Source: Azolla caroliniana (lineage: Eukaryota > Plantae > Polypodiophyta). Taken from it: a DNA stretch of 64,000 bases. Made by a program: the position numbers and the translations under genes. Where the stretch lies: contig JBHGNT010000007.1 in the NCBI GenBank assembly GCA_043228905.1, positions 11,160,001-11,224,000 on the forward strand, in the 5' to 3' direction. Every line of letters starts with the position of its first letter. Positions within the stretch are counted from its first letter, which is position 1. Below are positions 56,110 to 64,000 of the stretch, piece by piece. The notes beneath the pieces were generated by a model. The model searched no databases, had not been told where the DNA came from, and worked only from the letters and a program-made list of their open reading frames with translations.

Positions 56110-59100
56110 TGTTAAGAAAACGTGAAGAAGGCACTCGAGCTCTTCTTATGTGCGCGGCGGATCGTTTGGTGCTCAAACACAGAAGGAAAGGGGGAAGGAG
56201 ACTTACCTCTGTAGCAGCCAAAACTTCTTCTATTACATTACACATAGAACTCTACTTGCTCTCGTCTGTTTCTCTTCTACTCTCACTCTCTGAGTTCTTC
56301 CTCTCTATCCTCACTCTCTCTCTCTTAGAGTTCTACTTCATGTATATTTCTTACTTACCTACTCTCTTACTTTTTACCTAAGTAATAAGTTACTTACATA
56401 TGCAGTTAATTAGCTGTCAGTCGCTAAATAGTTGTCAGTAGCTAATTAGTTGTTTCTCCTTTATGTTCACAAGTAGCTAAATAGCTACTATAGCTTATTT
56501 CCCAATAAGCATCACATACCATGTTGAGCTTGCTTCTCAACACTCCCCCTCAAGCTCAACTTATCCTTTCTTGGGGTTATCTACAACTTCTTTTCCATGA
56601 TGCTTTTCAGCCATCATATCAGTGTCTACAACTCCCATCATGTTCCGAAACTGTGTATGCTTTTCCACACTCAATCCCTTTGTGAGAATATCAGCAACCT
56701 GCTGATTTGTATTCACATACACCAGATCAACTTCTCCTTCAATCACTTTTTCTCTAACAAAGTGATAATGCACTTCAATGTGCTTTGTTCTTGCATGGAA
56801 CACTGGGTTTTTTGCAAGCTGAATGTTGCTCATATTGTCACACCAAATTGTGACAGTACCATCTATATACTCTCCCAAATCAGCAAGCAATCTTCTGATC
56901 CATACCTCTTCACAAGTGGCTATGGCGGCTCCTCTATACTCAGCTTCAGTACTAGACAATGCAACAGTAGCTTGTTTCTTGCTACTCCATGAAATACCTG
57001 CACTTCCCAATGTAAACATATATCCACTTGTGGATCTTCTATCTGTTTGGCTTCCAGCCCAATCAGCATCTGTATATCCTTCCAGATTTATGTCCAAATC
57101 AGCCCTGTAAAACAATCCATAGTTCTGAGTAGCTTTTACATACCTTAGAATTCTTCTAATGTAGTCCAAATGCGGCTTTGTTGGCTATTGCATAAATTGG
57201 CTGACTAATCCAACTGCATAACTCAAATCAGGTCCTGTTATGGTCAAATAAATAAGGCTACCCACCATAGACCTGTACATGTTTACATCTTCTATTTTGG
57301 CTCCCAAATCAGCCCTCAATTTGCAATTTTTATCTAGTGGTACTCCAATAGGTTTGCATCCAAGCATACTATACCTTTTCAACATAGTTGTTGCATATTG
57401 TCTTTGCAACACATATATACCACTTTCGGATCTGATGATTTCAATACCCAAAAAATATCTCAGATCTCCCAAATCTTTCATATGAAACTGCATTTCCAAA
57501 TTTCTTTTCAGCTTACTTATTTCATCCATGGAATCACCTCCAATGATGAGATCATCAACATAAATCAGAATCACAACAATACAATCATCTTTCCTTTTAA
57601 CATACAATGATGAATCAACCTTTGACATTTTGAAGTCAAGTTATTTCAGATAATCTGAAAGTTCTCTGTGCCATGCTCTTGGTGCCTGTTTCAGTCCATA
57701 GAGAGCCTTTTTCAGCTTACATACATAATCTGAATGCTTCCTATCTTCAAAACCTGGTGGTTGACACATATACACTTCTTCTTCCAAGTTACCATGTAAA
57801 AAGGCATTTTTTACATCCATATGATGAAGAAACCATCTTTTGGCTGCACCTACAGCCAGTAATGTCCTCAATGTTGCCATCTTTGCAACCGGTGCAAATG
57901 TCTCATCATAATCAATTCCTTGCATTTGGGCATATCCCTTTGCAACCAATCTTACTTTATGTCTACTTACATTCCCATTGGAATCATGCTTTGTCTTGTA
58001 GACCCATTTGCAACCTACCACATTTTTTCCTTTTGGTAACTTCACCAAATCCCATGTTCTGTTTCCAGCCAATGCATCAATCTCTTCTTGCATTGCATCC
58101 ACCCATTTCTTCTCAGTTTTAGCCTCATCAAAACTACTTGGATCAGGGATCTGTACCACCTTAGACATATATGCATAATGCATAGCCATATATGTATCAT
58201 AACCAAATCTTTCAACAGTTTTTTTCTCTCTATCTGATCTTCTCAGTTTCTGATTTGCATCCTTCAATGCTTTTTCCATACCAGGGATTTTCAATCCTCT
58301 TATACCAAGAAAATCATCCAATGACATATCTGAATCCTCATCTTCCATGTTTTTAGACAAGTCATCCAACATTTCATACTCTGGCATTTTCTGTTTTCCT
58401 TTTTTATCATCACATTTTTTGTGTCCTCCACTTTTTCCACTCCAAGAATTCGAATCAGATTTACCATCTGAGCTTTTTGATGGTCCAGAACATTCCGTTG
58501 ATGTTGGACTTTGCTGTCCAACCTTGCTTCCATCTCTGTGGCAGTCTTCTACATTTTCAGATTTGTCTCTGTCTTCAATCTCATTGTCTTCATCAGTCTC
58601 TGGATTCTGTTTTGGACTGTACCAACTGGCTAACTCATCAAAGATTACATCCCTACTTGTCACAATCTTCTTTGTTACAGGGTTATAGCATCTATACCCT
58701 TTTTGTTCTTCTGAATAGCCAACAAAAATACATTTTTCTGCTTTTGGATCCAGCTTACTTCTTACTTCTGCAGGCACATGTACATATGCAAGGCATCCAA
58801 ACACTTTTAAGTGTTCTAAACTAGGTTTCCTTCCATAGAAACACTCTTCAGGAGTTGCTTCATGTACTCCCGATGTTATACATCTATTTAGAATATAATT
58901 TGTTGTATTTACAGCTTCTACCCAATAGTACAACGGCATATTCTTCTCTGTCATCAAAGCCCTTGCAATGTTCACCAATGTTCTGTTTTTCCTCTCAGCA
59001 ACTCCATTTTGCTCTGGAGTATATCTACATGTGAACTGTCTTCTTATTCCCTGATTGCATAGAAAATCAGAAAATTCATTGGAGAAATACTCTCCTCCTC

Positions 59101-61498
59101 CATCAAATCTTAAACATTTTATTCTTGTACCTGCCTGCTTTTCTACCATGCATTTAAACTTACGAAAACATTCAAACACTTCACTTTTCTCTTTCATGAA
59201 GTACACCCATGTTTTCCTTGAGCAATCATCAATAAAAGTTACATAGAATCTGCAGCCACTGATAGATGCATTCTTAGTTGGTCCCCATACATCCGTATGT
59301 ACCAAATCCAACAAATTTTTACTTACATGTCTTTCATGAGGGAATGGCAACCTATTTTGCTTTCCATATTGACATGCTTCACATATCTTTCCCATTTCAC
59401 AATTTTTCAGTTTTGGCAGTCCAGCCACTGCATCTTTTCTCAACATATTCTTTAGGGTTTGCATACTTATGTGGCCAATCCTTTTATGCCACATTTCCAC
59501 ATCTGAGACTACACTCATTCCATTTGCAAACATAGCTGAAATCTGTCTAGGCATGTCAACATCCAAAATAAACATTCTTCCTTGTCGTTTTCCTTTTGTA
59601 ATGAGCTTCCCATTCTTTTCTATATAGCATCCACTTTGCTTAAACTTTACTTGCATGCCTTGCTCTACTATCTGTCCAACAGAAATCAGATTCTTAGCAA
59701 GATTTGGAACATGCATTACATTCAACATATACTTAGTCTTTCCTTTTTCTTCCCACAATGGGATATCTCCAACATGTTCTATTTGGTGAGTACTAATATC
59801 ACCCGTCTGTACATAGCCAGGAATCTCTAGTTCTCTTAACCTTTCAAACCAATTTGCATGTCCAGTCATATGGTTAGATGCCCCCAAGTCTACATACCAT
59901 GTAAACTCTTCATTACATTTCTTTGAGCTTTCAGCCATTGCTGCTATCTCATGTTGTACCACAAATGCACCATCTTTTTCACAATCTTCACTAGTTTGGG
60001 CATAGTTATTCTGCTGTCTCTTTCCTCTTTGCTCATCATTTTGCTTCTTGTAACATTCAGCTTGTGTGTGGTCTGGTTTTCCACAATACCAACAGCCATC
60101 ATCATTTACATATGTTTGCTTACCTCTACCTCAGTTGATCCCCCTGCCTCTGTTGTTGTTTCTTCCTCTAATGGTTTGTTGTCCTCTTCCTTGATAACCA
60201 TTATTGTTGGTTCTTGCTGAGCCAAATCTTTCATGGCCTCTTCCTCGGCCTCTTCCAGCACTATTATATAGGGCTTGCCCCTCATTCTCAAGATTTCCTT
60301 TATTTACATCATCCATCTGATTCCTTTCTTCTACTACAAGCATTGAAACCAAATCGGGAAAACTTGAGATACTATCCCTTGTAAGCATAGAGGTTTTAAA
60401 ACTTTTGTATTGAGGTCCTAAGCCTCTCAAGCATATTTCTACCTTATCATCATCTTCTATCTTTACATTGATAGAAGCAAGTGATTCACATATGCTCTTT
60501 ATTTTCAAAGCATACTCATTTATTGACATCTTACCTTTTTCTAAGGTATTTAGCTCAGTCTTCAACTGTAGCTTTCTAGCTTTTGTGTTTACTGCAAACA
60601 GTTTTACCAAACTGTCCCAAGCTTCTTTTGGGAGCATAGCATCTTGTATGTGCCCAAGCATCGAATCTGAGATGCTAAGTGAGAGCCAATGCATTACCTT
60701 CCTTGCCCCTTGATTCGAATCTTTGAATGCTTTAATCTGTGCTGCTGTGGCATTTTCTTCTGGGATCTCCGGAGCCTCTTCTAGGTCTCCTTCAAGGTAA
60801 TCCCAATATCCTTTCCCCATCAGGAAATTTGTCATTCTAAATTTCCACGCCGGGAAATTGTTTTTATCTAGTTTCTTTGTAACTATTTGGCCCGCATTCT
60901 CTACAGCCATTATCTCTTCCAAACTAGGGTTTCTGCTACGATTACTTCAACAAGTAACTTTCTGATTCAGATCATCAACCAGAGAAATACCTCTCTCAGA
61001 TCTATGCACTTCTGTACTCTTCTTTATGAGCAACTCGCTCTGATACCATGTTAAGAAAACGTGAAGAAGGCACTCGGGCTCTTCTTATGTGTGCGGCGGA
61101 TCGTGGTGTGTTGGATCGTTTGGTGCTCAAACACAGAAGGAAAGGGGGAAGGAGACTTACCTCTGTAGCAGCCAAAACTTCTTCTATTACATTACACGCA
61201 GAGCTCTACTTGCTCTCATCTGTTTCTCTCTTCTACTCTCACTCTCTGAGTTCTTCCTCTCTATCCTCACTCTCTCTCTCTCTGAGTTCTACTTCCTGTA
61301 TATTTCTCACTTACCTACTCTCTTACTTTTTACCTAAGTAATAAGTTACTTACATATGCAGCTAATTAGCTGTCAGTCGCTAATTAGCTATCAGTAGCTA
61401 ATTAGTTGTTTCTCCTTTATGTTCACAAGTAGCTAAATAGCTACTATAGCTTATTTCCCAATAAGCATCACATACCATGTTGAGCTTGCTTCTCAACA
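56110..61498 (-). mobile_element. Full-length Ty1/Copia (5' LTR 61049-61498, PBS iMet 61037-61048, PPT 56543-56551, 3' LTR 56110-56542)
   Basis: Paired LTRs TGTTAAGAAAAC..TCTCAACA. Same family as 1-1812. Confidence 0.96.
56561..60922 (-). pseudogene. Copia gag-PR-INT-RT-RH, split into four ORFs
   Basis: WYVDLGASNHM, WHKRIGH, FDGGGEY, MDVKNAFLHG, IYVDDL, GYTDADWAG, RTKHIEVHYH. Confidence 0.93.
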
Positions 61499-62745
61499 AT
61501 GTGTGAGTAGAATATAGGTACTAATGTGTAAGTCCTATATTAAATGTACTTAGGAGTGGAGGATCTAGAATATCCCACTTAAGTGGAAGCCCCCCCTTCT
61601 TCCGAAGGTTCCTTGATGGCTTCTGTGAAGGTTTGAGTTCCCTTCGTGTGATGGGCCGAATTGGCCTCTTCTACTGTCGTGACCTCCTCCTCGGCCACCG
61701 TCTGAATTCGAAAAGAACATTTGTCCTTCTGATGTCTTGGTCTTTGTTCGGACGTGGTTCTCTTCGAATCAATAACATTGATTGGAGGTCGAAGAATGGA
61801 GGGTTTTCTCTCGCCAAGATTGTTGTCCGTAATAGATCGAATCGTTGTGCGAGGCCGCCCAAGCATACTTGAACCATCTCGTCTTCATCAACATTTATGT
61901 TGATGGAGCCAAGCGAGTCGCAAATGCTCTTGATCTTGGCGGTGTAGTCTGACACGGACATGTCTTTTTGTCGAATGTTATTCAACTCTTGTCGAAGTTG
62001 AAGCTTTCGAGCGGTTGTGTTGGCGGCGAACATTTTCTATAAGTTCGCCCACGCTTCTTTAGGCGTCTTGGCGTCTCAAATATGGCTAAGCATGTGGTCG
62101 TGGACACATGTTGTCAAGCAATACATGACTCGACTTGCCACTTGCTCCCATGTTGCGTAGTCGGCGTTCTTTGAGTCGGTAAGATTTTCTTGAGCGCCGT
62201 TGATGTAGCTCCAATACCCTTAGCCGACGAGGTATTGGGTCATCTCGTACTCCGAAGATGAATAATTGCTCCGGTCTAGCTTTTCACTAGGGAGCGAGCT
62301 ACCCATTTGTGTGTTCATGTTGATTGTGTCTTCTCTTCTTTTGCTTTTCTTCCTTCGATCACGTACACGTGCTACGTAGCGGCACTACGGTAGCCGATAG
62401 CCGGATTTTGTAATCACGAAGTCGGGTGGGCTTCGTGGATTTTCTAAACCACGCTCTCTGATACCATGTTAAGAATTACGTAAGTAATTAAGCAAGGGTT
62501 AATTAGTACCTAATTATGTGATTAAGTTAAGCGTGGAAGATTATGTGATATGTGTGTGTATATGTGTGAGAGGAAGAGAGAGAGAGAGATGAATTTATGA
62601 ACAACACAAGATGGGGGATGAGTAACTATATTAAATTAGCTTTATCATCATCAAATACAAAAATACCCACAATGAGGTATATATACATCTCATGTGCAAA
62701 GGTGCACATGTGTGAGTAGAATATAGGTACTAATGTGTAAGTCCT

Positions 62746-64000
62746 TGTTGAGAATCAAGCTCAACTTGGTCTAGTGTGTGAACTCACCTTGAGAGTGAAT
62801 AGACACTCCAACGGTCAAGAGTCACCATTATGTCACCTCTTTGTATTCTAGCATTTAGTATGAATCATAGAATCATATTCTATGACACATAACTTATGAG
62901 CTTTCACATTCCCCATGCTCCATGAGTCTTGTAGTTAATGAAGAGAGAGGGTGACTATATAAAGCACCCTCCTCCCACCTTGTATGCAGTTAAGTCTTTC
63001 TCCTTTGTTAATATACTTTTACCTTGCGTATTCTCTGTGTCTTACTCCTTGTCTCTCTTCCTCTCTCTCACTCTCTCTCTCTCATACACACACATAACTC
63101 ACATCTCTTCCGCTTCACAAGAATCATATCCGATTCTTTACATGGTATCAGAGCGATTTGGTAGCTCGATCTAGGCCATTCACCTCATCGTGATCATGTG
63201 TTGTGCTCTACGCCGAAGACCAAGAACCGGCTCATCGCTATCATAGCTTCGCTACATAGCTCGCATTCGAAGAGAGAAGAAGAAGAAGAAGAAGAAGAAG
63301 AATCGACATAATGAATACTCAAATGGGGAGTGCTCTCCCTACCGAGAAGTTGGATCGAAACAACTTCGCATCTTGGGAGTACAAGATGCACCAATACCTT
63401 GTCGGACAAGGCTATTGGAGCTACATCAAAGGAGAGCACGAAGACCGACATGCCGAAGCAGCTCCCGGATACGTGACATGGGAGCAAGCCGCAAGCCGCG
63501 TGATGTATTGCTTGGCGACATGTGTTCACGATCACATGCTCGGCTACATTCGCGAAGCCAAGACGCTGAAGGAGGCATGGGAAAATCTACGAAAGATTTT
63601 CACGGCGAACACAACCGCAAGAAGGCTTCAACTCCGCCAAGAGTTGAACAACATTCAACAAAGGGATATGTCCATCACGACATACACCTTGAAGATCAAG
63701 GAGCTTTGCGACTCGCTCGGCTCGATAAGCGTAAATATCGATGATGATGAGATGGTGCAAATATGCCTCGGCGGCCTCGCACCACGATTCGGCGCGATGT
63801 GAACCACCATTCTAGCACGGGAGAAATCCCCCTCCTTCTTCGAGCTCTAATCAATGCTATTGGTCGAAGAAAACCACATGCGTACAAGGAGCAATGAGTC
63901 GGAAGGCCACATGCTCTACACGCACTCGAACGGAGGAAGAGGACGCAAACGAGCGAGAGGCCGATTCGTTCAAGGACAAGGCGGACGAGGTCCGACCTAC
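62746..64000 (+). mobile_element. Ty1/Copia 5' part (LTR 62746-63142, PBS iMet 63143-63154, gag from 63311); runs off the right edge
   Basis: TGTTGAGAATCAAGCTCAAC..TTTACA then TGGTATCAGAGC. Gag MNTQMGSALPTEKLDRNNF, stop at 63802. Confidence 0.9.

Larger units (their letters stand above)
55866..62745 (-). mobile_element. Gag-only Copia derivative (3' LTR 55866-56109 + 61499-~61585, gag ~61585-62318, PBS 62454-62466, 5' LTR from 62467, interrupted at 62745)
   Basis: TGTTAAGAATTA LTR start present twice. PBS TGGTATCAGAG on minus. Gag MNTQMGSSLPSEKLDR..ARKLQLRQELNN abuts LTR sequence with no pol. Confidence 0.82.

Noticed and set aside
61588-61603. PPT for the gag-only element (GGAAGAAGGGGGGG on minus)
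   Set aside because: It reads as a Gly/Arg-rich gag tail (GRRGGFH) and is not followed by a TG LTR start; more likely a deletion junction.

Overview
Land-plant nuclear DNA (TE content suggests a seed-free plant such as a fern; not provable here). It holds two intact spliced genes on +: a cyclophilin H/CYP22-type PPIase (3959-14210, 7 exons, last intron ~9 kb containing a full Copia element) and a GH5 exo-1,3-beta-glucosidase with a fascin-like insert (16609-20178, 9 exons). The rest is mostly LTR retrotransposons whose ends, primer sites and TSDs can be read directly: Copia pieces at both window ends, a decayed chromovirus (20577-25124) and a four-level Gypsy nest (25627-55715). The most unusual signals lie in the nest. 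(1) A very young Gypsy (37862-47663) has no PPT; a tRNA-Arg primer site on the opposite strand takes its place, and an intact ~880-980 aa extra ORF follows pol. (2) An Athila-like element has a second aspartic-protease-like domain after integrase. (3) A TGTCGTG..CACGACA LTR lineage makes 4-bp TSDs that are all CpG-centred. (4) Two LTRs of that lineage carry a tRNA-like A/B-box module at the same position. Family assignments come from motif recognition only; no searches were run.
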